A stretch of 64,000 nt of DNA, from the NCBI GenBank assembly GCA_037379345.1, contig CM074513.1:15376001-15440000 (forward strand). The letters are read 5' to 3'. Below, in pieces: positions 45,101-57,313 of the stretch. Source of the stretch: Perna viridis. Lineage: Eukaryota. The position numbers and the translations under genes are program-made. Numbering within the stretch: position 1 is the stretch's first letter; each line of letters begins with the position of its first letter. Below the pieces are notes generated by a model that did not search any database, was not told the origin of the DNA, and saw only the letters and a list, made by a program, of their open reading frames with translations.

Positions 45101-48100
45101 AACAGGAAGAAATTATAAACCAAGGGCTTGGACGTTAACACCCAAGAAACAAACAAACATAAACCAAGGAGGGCGTATTAGTAGAATGTCACTTTTGAAA
45201 TGAAAAAAAATGAAAAGAAACAATTGAGTTTTTTTTTTCTAAATTCTCGGAACTGTTTTGTTTGTTTTCTAATTTATCAAGATGTGAAACAGCTTTCCAT
45301 TCGAACTTGATTAAAGATTGAATCTCCTGATATTTTGTTTACTGAGACTTTCATCTCCACTGCTCTATACATGAAGCTTGTAGCCATATTTGCTAGATGA
45401 CCAGTTTTGTTCAAACATGGTTTTTTTCTGCTTTTTCAAATCCAGATTTTACCATTATACTGTATATTTACTTCCTATTTTACCAATTTCAAAATTTCAA
45501 ACATGGACATTAGATGGATCAATGAATTCTTTCAGAAATTGTTTAGTACCACAAAATACAGGTTAATTTTCAGCAAAATCCAAAATGTAGTTTTCAAGTT
45601 TTATAGGACATTTGAAAATTTTGTCCTCCCCCTTTTTTCGCCTAATGTTAAAAAAATATCCTATATTTTTCAAATCTAAAATGTTGACCAAAAAAATCGC
45701 TGGACAAATTTAAGGAGATAGACCTAAGGTAAGGGACACAACTCTTTCAAATCATTGGAATATTTGTATTCACCATTTTACATCAATCTAAGTAAACTTC
45801 AAAATAAACCAGACATATTTCATTCTGTCTCAAAGGAAAGCTTCAAAAGGCTTTGGCGAAATTGAATATGATACAAACAAGATTTCAAGAGTTATTTCCC
45901 TTACCCTAGATCTACCTCCTTGATATACCACTAGCAGTTACATTTATGATCAAATAAGGTACAAGATAAATAATACTGCTGTTTCAAAATGTATATTTGT
46001 AGTGGATTGGCGAGTGCGACCTTTGATGTTGTACATTAAGATGTGGTCCCGTTTCCATGACATCAATGATGCCAGGAAGATGACAATTTCTAGTTATTCT
46101 CTGTGTCTCATGGTTATTCATTATCTGCAGTGTAAGGATACAGATATATATATATATTGCAAGAGTGCTCATTAAATATTTGGAAATAGATTAAATTGAA
46201 ATGAGTCCTTAATAAATAATTTTATTTTTTTTTAAATAAATAAATATTTAAGAGAAGACCTTGGTATAGATGACTTTTTCCCCATTTACGTCAAATCTTG
46301 TGGAAACTGGTTCATAGTTTTAGAAAGGATATTGGATTTAAATGTACACAGACAGTAATAGTTGTGTGGCAGTATGTCTCGGAACATAAAAAAATATCTT
46401 AAATGCTTCTATAATATAGGTACCATTTAAAAAATTTTTATAGCGTCTGTTACCTTGGCTCTTATTGTGAAGTCTCCAAACTTATGCTTGTTGACCTCAG
46501 TTGACTGTGATATAAATAAAGAACTATACTGGAACAGAAATGAATGTGAAAATCATCCATTGAATACAACTGAATTTTAAGTGTTATCGTTATAATAAAA
46601 TTCTTACATATAATGATACTGTGCAGGTCCATTTTACAACAAGAATGGTACATGTACATATTCTTGTGCATGTTAACAGTTTTGCTTTATTTTGTTTCAG
46701 TTTCCTGTAAACCACCAGTACTGCCTTCATTACAGAAACTATATCCAGTAAGTTAATACATGTATGACTGGCTTTTGTGAATTATTTGAGCTGTTCAATT
46801 AATTCAATATTTTAACATAAATTTTAGGTGTAAATTTTTTTCATCATGGAAGAGCATTTCAGCATTCTTCTGGTCCTAAATACTCTCAAGCACTTTGATT
46901 GGTCTAACATGTGGATAGTGTTTAGCACAATTATCTTATATAAATCTAACATGATAATTTTGTTCTATTGTTTTTTCTTCTTTATTTAAGTCTTTTTATA
47001 TTTTAGGATATTTTTAACTCCAATTCGGATATCAGAGCACTTAGGTTTGACCATCAATTGAAGTACAAGAGTCAAAATGAACAGACATTAGGGGATTTGT
47101 TTCTTGGATTCTTAGAGTACTATACTAATAATTTTGAGTAAGTTTATACAGTCCTTGAACCGATCCGCACAATGATTTGACGGATCGATGACTGGTGACC
47201 TATCCAATCACAGTTTTGTTATGTAAAAATGATGTAAGATCTGTTTGAAATAAAAGAAAAGTAAAATAAAAGTTCAAATTGATGTTTAAATATATTACAA
47301 TATGTAAATATGTGTAAAATTGACAAAGATAACAACGAAAACCGGAAAATACAGTGACTGATCTGTGGTCATGTGAAGTGATTACCGGTATCATGGATCA
47401 GTTTGATGGATCGATGACTGACTGGAAACTGATCGGTGATCGATGACCAATCGCAATTTTTGATGCACAGATCGGTTCTAGTACTGTATGTGCAACCTGG
47501 TGGAGTATAAAATTTCTTTGGTTGCTCAGTCTATTTTGGAATGACTTATATTTTTCATTTATGAAGAAAAAATCTCATTAAAGTACATTAAATAACATGC
47601 ATAGCAGATTAGTTTCAAGTGAGCACCATGGGCATTGTGGTTATTTCAAATAGACCAAACTATGTAACAGTCATTCCTTATAATTTAATTTTAGTATTAA
47701 AACTCAATGAGTATATCATAAAAAAAAATGGTTGACGGTCACATTACACAATTTTGGTCTATGAGATGATGGACAAAATTTTTATCCAACCAGAATGTAT
47801 GTTACTTCTTAAATTAAATTATAAGAACTGTTGAGGCAATAGCCTAAACCTGAGATACTCAACTCTCTGCAGAGGACTTCACTGTAGAAAAAGTGTATAT
47901 TACAATTACACCAATTATAGACCTCATATTTAATATTTTAAAATCTATTTACCTGGAATTGTTCGAGATATTTTAAGGGCCATGTTTTTCTTTTTTTTTC
48001 TTTCTAGTTTTATGAATCAAGTAATAAGTGTGAGAACAGGTGAAAGGACTAAGAAGTGGATTGCTCAAGGACAGGTTGACGATGGTAAACAGTGGAAATT

Positions 48101-49293
48101 TCTCAATATTGAAGGTACATGTAAGGCCAAATAGAATTAATTAGTAGATGCAATTGTCATATCTCCTCCTGCCCCTGAAATATTAACAAAAATTAAAAAA
48201 ATGGGGAAAATTTCAAAATGAGGATTTTTTTCACATCAGTTTTAGGTATTGAGATACTATAACACACAAATCTTTCATGTAATGGCGACTAAAACGATTT
48301 TTTTTTATCTGAAACAGATGTGGCTATAGATTTAGAACATATTTATACTTCAAATAGCGAAAATTAGGCTAGCAAGTATCTGGTAAAAAATAAAATCCTT
48401 TTATCTGCCCCATATTTTTGTGAAGGTTGGATTAGAATCTACTATTTATGTTTACTTGGCCTAATAATAAAATTTTACATTCCATTGACAAATATTTTGA
48501 GTTCGTGTACCCTCTATCCTTTAAATTGTTTGTCTGTCTTGCTACAATTTCGAAGATTTGCATCAATTTTTTTTTGTGTACATCATTTTGTAATTTGGTA
48601 CTTATATGTATATTTCTTTTATTATACATGTCAGCATTTGTTAGTTTTTAGTACTATGTAATACCACTGTAAAGAAGGAAATCTCATATGAATATTGTAA
48701 TTAAATTTGGTTAAGTGTCTTTTTGATAAGACTGCCTTCATGTTCTCATGGTAGGGTGCTCACCTTGAGAGGAAAAAGGTTGTGAATATTGGATTCTCTG
48801 AGTGAAAAACTTTCAATTGGTAGTCATTGCTTCTCCACCATTAATTGATGAAAGAAAAGAAATTAAATGATGACTGGGTGGCTTAGAGTCAGAAAAATGT
48901 GTCAAAGTGGAATGACTTGTCTGCCTGCTGTGGGTTTTGCATCTGACAGCCAGTACATCAAGTATCGGGCTCAGCACATCAAACTAGTACAGATTAAATT
49001 GATGTGTAGTCATGTCTGTGGTTTACCATTAAGCAGGTTGTTTTGTTTAACTGATCTTTTGACCTCTGTACCAATATAAATGAGTGCTTGATCAACTTTC
49101 ATGATAATTTAATGAGCATTTCCAATAATGATGTACTTTATCTATTCTTGCAGAGCCATTTGACCTAACCAATACTTCTAGGAGCTGCTATGACCAACAC
49201 ACATTTGAGAGAGTGAAAAGAGTTATCAGAATGAGTTATCAAAAACTGTCAAGGTCAAGAGATGTCAAAACTATTCTGTCACATCCATTCTGA
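39162..49293 (+). CDS. TENT2: Cytoplasmic poly(A) polymerase GLD-2 (TENT2/PAPD4), 12 coding exons, about 513 aa
   Basis: Exons: 39162-39631, 40552-40654, 41339-41453, 42308-42399, 42950-43013, 43982-44048, 44991-45067, 46003-46131, 46701-46747, 47007-47137, 48008-48114, 49154-49293; total 1542 nt in frame, ending in TGA. Nucleotidyltransferase motif VGSSMSGCGTMTSDMDLCL, IRAKVPILRF, third Asp in ECDLNINN, GIRNTHL, PAP-associated IEEPFDLTNTSRS. The start codon is uncertain because the first coding exon has an acceptor at 39156. Confidence 0.93.
41060..41218. mobile_element. Tc1/mariner-like MITE fragment; related copies at about 56815-57097
   Basis: Repeated CCTGTCTAAACC/GGTTTAGACAGG motifs with a ...GGTTTCACTGT end; the same motifs occur upstream of the LPMO gene. 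Confidence 0.6.
44167..44450 (-). mobile_element. Kolobok-like element fragment, copy 2 (TENT2 intron)
   Basis: Reverse complement of 23268-23545; TTAA at the terminus. Confidence 0.75.
45712..45921. mobile_element. TTAA-associated (Kolobok-like) MITE of about 210 bp; further copies at about 49791-49994 and a left end at about 51544-51580
   Basis: TIRs AAGGAGATAGACCTAAGGTAAGGGACACAACTC...GAGTTATTTCCCTTACCCTAGATCTACCTCCTT; copies 1 and 2 share the interior. Confidence 0.8.
47149..47486. mobile_element. Tc1/mariner-like MITE, 338 bp, TA TSD
   Basis: TA|CAGTCCTTGAACCGATC...GATCGGTTCTAGTACTG|TA with internal GATCGATGACT repeats. Confidence 0.8.
48735..49000 (+). repeat. Old, degenerate tRNA-derived SINE (Meta-SINE-like)
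   Basis: ATTGGTAGTCATTGCTTCTCC...GACTGGGTGGCTTAGAGTCAG..AATGTGTC resembles, from memory, a molluscan SINE core. Confidence 0.5.
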
Positions 49294-52200
49294 TTGGCTA
49301 AGATGAGATTCTTTCAAAGGCTGTGATAGACCAATTTCCATTGGTCAATAGATAAACTTACAAAAGTAGTAATGAAGGATGTGTCAATGAAAAGGGTTCT
49401 TATGTACAGTTCAAGAATAGAACAGTCATTGTAAGTTGAACAAAAATGTGTGGAGTACAATAGAGATAGTTTTGGAAGAATTTACGATAAGAAACATTTG
49501 GGATCTTATGATCAAAAGAGGAAAGGAGTAACGTCATAAGTGAAATTTTTTTCAATTAAATGAGGTTAAAAACTTAACATTGAAGGTCACATCAGCAATG
49601 GCCAGGTCTAAGTGGTGCTTAATTAGTATGTTGAAGCATTTTTATGTTATTTCGTAAGGTAAAGCAAGGTATATTTTAAAAATTTTATTTCTACAAAAGG
49701 TGGTAAGGCTTAAAGGAGAGCTGCTAGATTTCATACACATAGGGGACAATTTTTGTGAAGTTATATTGACTCATTTCAAACTATTCAGTTAAGGAGGTAG
49801 TCGTAGGGTAAGGGACACAACTCTTAGAAATCATTGGAACGATGGTATTCATTATTTTACATCAATCTCATGTAAGCATCAAAGTGACTCGCACTGATTT
49901 CATTCTGTTATAGAGAAAAGCTTGAAAGGCTTAGGTGAAATTGAATAAGATAGAAACATTTCTCTGATTTCATGAGTTATGTCCCTTACCCTAAATTGTA
50001 AATTTAATGACATTTTTTTTGTGCTTTATAAGTCATAAAATGTTCCTTTTACAATGGCAGCTATAAAAAAATATCATTGTCTTTCAGGTATATAGCCAGT
50101 GTTTTGATTACCTTGTAAATTAAATGCTGCCTTTTATAAGTTTGACTAGTGTTGGACTGGTCCTTCACACATGCAGTGTTTCTTGTGAGCTTAAATACTG
50201 ATAAGTATTGATAAGTAAGAGTGATAGTGTGTGCAGCATAATATGTCTGTACAGTGCAATATGTATGCATGTAGTAGTGAGTACACATGTATTCATCATA
50301 TGCCAGGGTAATAGGAAAACACCATTTTTTTTTGGATGTGTACAAAATTAAAAAATGTGAATATTGTATGTGCGAAACATACTGCAACTGCGATTCTTGG
50401 TCATGTGAAATTTTTTTTTCTGTTACAAAATTCAAATTAGTGATGTAAATATTTTTTGAGACAGCACCCTGATCATGCTATTAATATTTGTGTCAAGTTT
50501 TTGAAATCATTACATATTCAAATTGAAGATTTTAGCCAAACTATTAAAAAGATTTGATTCAAACATCAGTTTTGTCATGGTTGTCTCCCACAACTCATTC
50601 TATTTATTAAAATTTATTGATGTCACAGTTGAAAAAATGTACATGGAACTTCTGATTTCTATAAAATTAAAATTTTAAAAAGTCAAAATATCAAATTTTT
50701 CAACATCTTACTTCCATATTTTATTACATTTAATAGCTCACTAAAACTTTCAGTATAATGTATGTACATTCTACATTCACAAATAAAACTTGAACTTTGA
50801 CCTGGAAATAGAAGGTGATCTGATGTTTTTGTTGATAGGTCACAATATTTTTGTAAATAATAAAAATCAGCTCTGTGTCATCAACATAGAGAAAACTAAT
50901 CTTTCAAGAAACAGACAGATATTAATGTAATAAGTACCATTCTGTGTAAAAATCTTGTAATGGATGGCTCATAATTTCTCTCAATTTGGTCTTTTTTACC
51001 TCAAAATATTTTCAATTTGACTAGACAACAACCAGTATGTTGTTTAAAGTAATCCTGAAGCATCTGTGACATAGATATTTTTGACTGCTTATATAGGGAA
51101 AAAGTTTGGGAAAAATTTCCTGTAATTTTTCCATATTGCATTTCAGCTAAATTTGACCTAATAATATCTTAAAAAGGTAAACTTTACAAACACTTTGATA
51201 ATTATTTATGAAGGTTATGAGGTATAAATACTTGGATAATGCAAAAAATCTTTTTTTTTGTCATGTGGAACACATTTTGCCTGATTCTTAGAGAAGTACT
51301 TAAATGGCTTTTAAATGGACAAATGTAAACCTTTGGCTGACCCTTTGTGGCCAGGATTGCATGACATTTGTTCAGATGTAGAGTAAGAACCAATTGTCAA
51401 GAAAAATAATTGTTTTTGTAAAGTTAAAGAGTGTTTGGATGCTTTGGTATACACTGTATTTGTTTAAATAAATGAGTTAACTCTTGTTTATGGTTATTTA
51501 GTTATTGATATCTGTATGGCAAGGATATAGATTTTAAATATTTAAGGAGGTAGACCTAGGGTAAGGGACATAACTCTTTAAATCAGTGATAAGTTTGCTC
51601 CATCACATCAAACTAAATAACATTCTTTTGATGGAGTAGATAAATGAACCACTGTGCTACTTTTCCCATGTGAAATATATACCTTGTTCAGACTAGATAA
51701 CTAACAAATATATATGCTATCTAGTCACAGATTCAGTATGAATTCAAGACTGCAAAAATCTAAAGATGTAGTGAAGATTCTAATGCAATTCAACTCGAAG
51801 TGAACAAATGCATTCCCGGCTTGCATTTAAGATGCATTTTTTATAAGAAAAACATGAATTTCACTAATTCTGCGGTCATGCATGAACAAAGCCTTATATA
51901 ATTTCTACACTCATGTGAACAAAGCATCATAAATTCTACAGGCATGCGAAGGAAGTGTTATCCGAATGGATTCAAAATACTGAACCAAATGCCTAGTCAC
52001 ATGGTTACATCATTCACACATGAACGCTAAACGACAGTGCACATTTGGATGCCAGTGATGTCACGAGATCTTCGCATTGAATGCAGATTACGTTTGAAGG
52101 GGGCAATAATGTAGTCAATACTTGCAGGAATACAAAGGAGACCATTTTACTGGTATTAAATTAGTATGAAAACGTTCGAGACCAGAAATATCAAGGAGCC

Positions 52201-53320
52201 AATGATGTCATTAGTTCAAATATTTAGTCATCCGACTAAGAATAATTTCCTCGTGCATCTGCAATACTTCTTCTAATTACACAATTTACATCGAATATTT
52301 GTTAATGCATCGTTCACCAGTTCATCAAACAGATTTTGTACTTTTGACGAACAAGGGAGGTTACTAGTATATAAGATAGTGGTAGTATAGATAGTATAAA
52401 GTCCCGGTACGCAGTAAAGAAAACCAAATGCAGTTGAACAATTTTGAAAAATGATTTTGTGTGAATTTTTTTCTCTCGATATCAGGACTGGCTTCATTTA
52501 ACGGAAAACAAAATACCTTTTATTTATACATTAAAGTAAATTGCTAGAACAAAGGGAACACATTAGATTAAGTCTTTGGTAAATATCCTTATAGAATAAC
52601 TAGATGATTTTTTTTTAGATCTGGCAGTTTTGTTAAGGAAGACTTTTTTACCCGGATTTCCCGAAAGAAAAAATCTGGTATTTGTATGGGGAAAATATTT
52701 AGTTCAATTGCTTTCAAATTTTAATATGTTTGGGATGACAAAATAAAGGTCATGTTCGATTTTCACAAATATCGGTTTTCGTTTCCAAGTGGTGGCCATT
52801 TTTGTAGAAGAAATGGGGAATTTGAACCTTGTCCGTTCAATAATTTAAAAAGCATTTAGTCAATAGCTCGGGAACGGGATGGTGGCATTTGTAAAGGAAT
52901 TATTGATAATAGCAAACTTTAATTAACAGCCTTAAGAAGAAATTACATCTCAATGATAAAGAATTTACAATATTACAAATAGTTTATTCAGACAGTTCAT
53001 TTATCATAAATCACCATTCTAGGTATGTAACACAAAAAAAATTATAACCATTGAGTCAACTTTGTCAACCAACTGACAGGGCAAATATATTTGTGCTGGA
53101 AAATCCGGTTTGCTGTCTCTTTGACAGCCTCGTGTTGAAATATATTCTATTGGTTTTATTTCTACGTCCACAGAGTATTTTGTTTCTATGAATTCTATAT
53201 ATTGCTTTATGTAGGCAATTTAATTAAAAGATCAAATCTGACAGAACTTCTTAGATTATTAGTAAACATTATGTTTTACATAGGCAGTAAATATGCAGCC
53301 AACTGAGTTTTAAAATATAA

Positions 53321-53452
53321 GTTCTAAGCTCCTAGGTGACTGTCTATGGTTATTTAGACAGCCAGTAGATTCAGTTAGAGTGTGAGGCGTTATAGCCTAA
53401 TCCAACAGATCTACTGACTAAGTAATTATAGACAGTTATGGGAGCTTATAAC
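53321..53452. repeat. Palindromic foldback element upstream of the kinase-Nudix ORF
   Basis: Paired arms TAAGCTCC/GGAGCTTA, ACTGTCTAT/ATAGACAGT and CAGTAGAT/ATCTACTG. Confidence 0.7.
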
Positions 53453-53971
53453 ATTTTTTGACGATATTATAGGGAAATATATCAATCTTCGTATCGAACC
53501 ATATTTCTTCGAAGTTTTGTGGGAAATCATCCGGTAATTATTAGGTAAAATCTATTTTTTTCTTAGCGTTCAAGTCAAATGTACACACTGGTTAATGGCG
53601 TGATTTAACTATGTTTGTCATGACATTCAGGTCAAATTGTTTGAAAGTGCTATATTAGTCTCATTGGTGGATGCTTTCATGGTCATATGCATTTTGTTCA
53701 TTCAAATATTTTCATTAACAGTGGATAGATGTTTATGTATCGTCTACATTTGCATATTGCTGCTTCGGTTGTTTAGACGAATGATTGTAGCCAATCCCTA
53801 CCTTATCTAATCGTTTGACACCTAGTTACGACTTTTAAGTAAAATCATCATCCGATTTCTTTTTTTTACACGTAATCTCTATTTATAACCGGAGCTTTTA
53901 AACTAGGAAGTATATTATTAAGATACTTGTATTGAGAAGCTAGAGTTATGGAGTCATTCGCTAATTTATGA

Positions 53972-56119
53972 AGTCTTCTTCTAACGTGGACCGGAAAAAC
54001 GCTTCAAGATAGTGATATTGAAAATGCCTTAAAATTACTCGATTCAGCTCGGGATTATACCAAAACATTGTCCGAGGGCGTAATCAGATACATTAACCCA
54101 CAAGACTTGGATCCTAAATGGACCCCGGTCGGATCGGGGCACTTTGGATATGTGTATTCAAGTAGGTATGGAGGATCAAGAGTTGCTATCAAAGTCTTCA
54201 AAGAAGAATCCAAATCACAATTTAGAGAGGGAAAAATTCTCTATTCATTAAGCCATGAAAATATAATCGCTTTCCGTGGAACGGGATATTTACCAGTAAA
54301 TATGTTGAAAGAATTGCAACTTGGATTAAACAGTTGTCAGCACAACACTCACTTCCAATCGGAAGAATCAGAAAACTTGTTTCTTGTTATGGAATTCGTC
54401 GATCAGAACCTATTAAGATATGTAGACAATCTGTGGAAACATGAAAGGAAAGGTTTAGGTTTTGACGTTACATGGTCCATAGGTCAACAGATCATTAGTG
54501 CCCTCCAGTACCTTCATAGTTTAGATATTGCACATCGGGACCTCAAGCCCGATAATATCCTCCTTGACGTTGGACCCAAAAGAATTGTAGTTAAACTTGC
54601 CGACTTCGGTTTAGCAACAGATCCTAATCTTATAAATACCGTTCCAACATCTGAAAAGGGAATACTATCTAAAAAATCTTCAAGTTCTTCGGCGTATGGT
54701 TCATATGCTGGAAATGTAAGATGGGGTGCCCCTGAAGTTCGAACTTTTTCATCGGACCACAAGTGTAGCTTAGAAGATTTCAAAGCAGCTGACATATACT
54801 GCTTCGGAAATGTCCTTACATTCACCATGACGGGTGAAAAACCATATGCAGAAATGTCGACTGCAGCAATAGACGACCGTATAGGGGGATTTAATGATAA
54901 TGAGAACGTGTGTGTTCCGTCATTGCCGACGTCTCTAATCGGAGTATTACTTGATGCGACAAATGATTCTATGAAAAAGGCATCGCATGAGAGGCCCAGT
55001 GCCAATAAACTGTTCAATGATTATTTTTCATCTGAGGAAAATCCATACAGACTTCAAATGAATCCAAAGGAGGAAGCAGAGTTTTTCAGCTGTGGGTTTA
55101 TGGACAAGACTGATATTTTTGTTGCCGATTCTTGCATTGACAAAGAAGCAACACAGGTCGGATTTTATGAGTCTGGTATTGAACCGACGGGATACGACCA
55201 CGAAGATTTGGTATGTGAAATTGAAGTTGAAAAAGCCCCATATCGGGACATCCCAGAAAACTGGTCACTAGAACAAACATACAAGGACAAATATGATGAA
55301 TTTCTGGAAAAGGAAAAGAACAAAGAAATAGACAATAATCCTACGGTTTCTCTAAAAGGCTTTCAATTCGCAAGACCAGGAGAAAAGGAACGTCAAAAAA
55401 TTAAATTCAAATTCAAAGAATCGAATTATGTACACCATAGAGCTATGAGGGAAGTCTGGCTTTATACTCTTACTCCGGAAGATAGATTGCAGGAAGTACC
55501 GTGCAAATCTATTGTCAATGAGTATTTCAGCAACGCATATGCTCTCCATGTTGCTGTCTTAACAAATGAAGGGGAAGGGAAACTTCAAAAATTTCTTTTT
55601 GCCCGCCGAGCTAACATACCAGGGATGCCTGCTCCAGGCAAATTTACATGTGGCGCGGTAGAAAGTGCATCAAAGCCAGATTTCAATGTGAAAGAAGATG
55701 GAAAAACATATGTTAACTTGATTAATACTGCCGCTAGAGGACTACAAGAAGAAATCGGAATAGAACTGACTAAGTCAGATCGCCATGCTATATGTTTAAC
55801 GACAGTATACCTGAAATATGATACTCATGAGTGGGGACTCTGTGGGTTTGTGAACTTAAAAGACAAAAGAATTTGTGAAAAGCATAGGCTTAGTGCTGAT
55901 TCTATTAAAGATATATTTAGTTCAGGACCAAAGGACAAATTTGAGCACCAGACACTTACCTTTGTAGACTTCGACTTAAAAACGATGGTCGAGTTTGTAT
56001 TTAATAACCACGAAAATTTTGCTAGCTCGACAAGACTCGTTGTTGTGAAAACTTTGCAGGCATTCTTTGGATGGCAAATAGTCCAACAAGAATTTGAATC
56101 GATGAGCTTCGGGAAATAA
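53972..56119 (+). CDS. Intronless Ser/Thr protein kinase fused to a C-terminal Nudix-like domain (start unresolved)
   Basis: Open frame from 53972 to 56119. Kinase motifs VGSGHFGYVY, VAIK, LVMEF, HRDLKPDNILL, KLADFG, VRWGAPE, ADIYCFG, RPSA. C-terminal region FLFARRA..PGKFTCGAVES..TAARGLQEEIGIEL is a variant of the Nudix box REUXEEXGU. AATAAA overlaps the stop codon. Confidence 0.85.
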   Translation, partial: SLLLTWTGKTLQDSDIENALKLLDSARDYTKTLSEGVIRYINPQDLDPKWTPVGSGHFGYVYSSRYGGSRVAIKVFKEESKSQFREGKILYSLSHENIIAFRGTGYLPVNMLKELQLGLNSCQHNTHFQSEESENLFLVMEFVDQNLLRYVDNLWKHERKGLGFDVTWSIGQQIISALQYLHSLDIAHRDLKPDNILLDVGPKRIVVKLADFGLATDPNLINTVPTSEKGILSKKSSSSSAYGSYAGNVRWGAPEVRTFSSDHKCSLEDFKAADIYCFGNVLTFTMTGEKPYAEMSTAAIDDRIGGFNDNENVCVPSLPTSLIGVLLDATNDSMKKASHERPSANKLFNDYFSSEENPYRLQMNPKEEAEFFSCGFMDKTDIFVADSCIDKEATQVGFYESGIEPTGYDHEDLVCEIEVEKAPYRDIPENWSLEQTYKDKYDEFLEKEKNKEIDNNPTVSLKGFQFARPGEKERQKIKFKFKESNYVHHRAMREVWLYTLTPEDRLQEVPCKSIVNEYFSNAYALHVAVLTNEGEGKLQKFLFARRANIPGMPAPGKFTCGAVESASKPDFNVKEDGKTYVNLINTAARGLQEEIGIELTKSDRHAICLTTVYLKYDTHEWGLCGFVNLKDKRICEKHRLSADSIKDIFSSGPKDKFEHQTLTFVDFDLKTMVEFVFNNHENFASSTRLVVVKTLQAFFGWQIVQQEFESMSFGK

Positions 56120-56537
56120 ATGTAATATTTCATTAAAATCTTATATGTACTGTATTTTTTAGTTTAACTAGCTAATAACTTAAGAATCCAAGATGCAATT
56201 GTTATCAAATGTAAATGAAATACTCGTAGATTGTTTCAATTTCAGCATTTTTAATTTTCAGTTATTTTTAACAGACGTCAAACAACGTTATTTAAAATAA
56301 TTTTGCAACATGGTCCATTTTCGGTATATTTTTTAAGTTTGTCTTTTTATTGAGACTACTCTATACAGCCACATTATTGTTGTCGTCAAAACTTTCTATA
56401 AACATTCATCTCAAATTCTTCTCAAATTGGTACTCAACCACCTCATACTAAATTTTTAAAAGTGGTAATTCTACTTTTCCACAATGTATCTAGCATGTCA
56501 TTAATTCCCTCACTTACTTACCGCTACAGACAGGCCT

Positions 56538-56705
56538 TTCGAAATTATCGGGCGTTATTCAAATCATACGTCGTTTGACAATCGGAAAATGTCGCGTAAA
56601 ATTATTCACTTTTTCCCGACTTTGCAAGATTCTTGCATTTTTCTTAGAGGGCTGACCGCAGTGTCTGGAATGAATTTCGAACGTCAGACGCTGTTCGGGG
56701 CTTAG
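56538..56705 (+). repeat. Dispersed repeat; a diverged second copy lies at about 59440-59605 in LPMO intron 3
   Basis: Shared collinear blocks ATTCAAA..ACGTCGTTTGA.AATCG..AATGTC..ATTCACTTTTTC..ACGTC.GA.GCTGTTC. Confidence 0.7.
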
Positions 56706-57313
56706 TTGGTTGTTGCATCTGCAAGTCAGCAAATTGATGTTTCGGCTCGTGAGTGAATCGATATACTTTCTAAACCAGATATTTCTTAAATTCGCTTTGT
56801 ATAAGTTTAAATGCATTTTGAACCATAGTAAACCGAATCGTTTACTAAACAGAAAATATTCTAAAGTCTAATAGGAGTTCGGTTAGATAGATTGCATTGT
56901 GTCGATTGAACGATTTTTTTTCAAAGGACCAGGCTATACATTGAGTCATGTCTAAACCAAAGCTCTTCGGTTTAGACAGGTTTTTGGTTTCCATTGTTCA
57001 TTTTTATACATTTGATTGAAAAAGGGACTTTAAAAAGTGTCTGGTTTGGACAGGTTATCGGATTTTCCAGGGCTCGGTTTAGATAGGTTTTACTATATTT
57101 GTTTAGATAGTTTACATGTCAACATCAATTTGTAAAGATACTACTGGTATATTAATACAGGTTTTATATTTGTTAATAATTATTTAATTAATTATGGTTT
57201 CCTAATTAGTATGCACCCCATTACTGCCCATTACATTAAATGTGTCAGTCTAGACAAACGTGTTTCTATGCAAGTTAAGCAATGTGACGTTTGCTTTGTG
57301 AAAAAGGAATATA

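Noticed and set aside
49294-50790. CPE-like TTTTTAT motifs in the TENT2 3' UTR
   Set aside because: They are expected by chance at this AT content and cannot be supported without conservation data.
53969-53971. In-frame TGA read as selenocysteine
   Set aside because: It is not in a redox motif, AATAAA overlaps the stop codon, and I could see no SECIS downstream.
54514-56133. Antisense ORFs over the kinase-Nudix gene (similar ones at 61521-63661 over the LPMO)
   Set aside because: They are shadows of the sense coding frame with no recognisable motifs.
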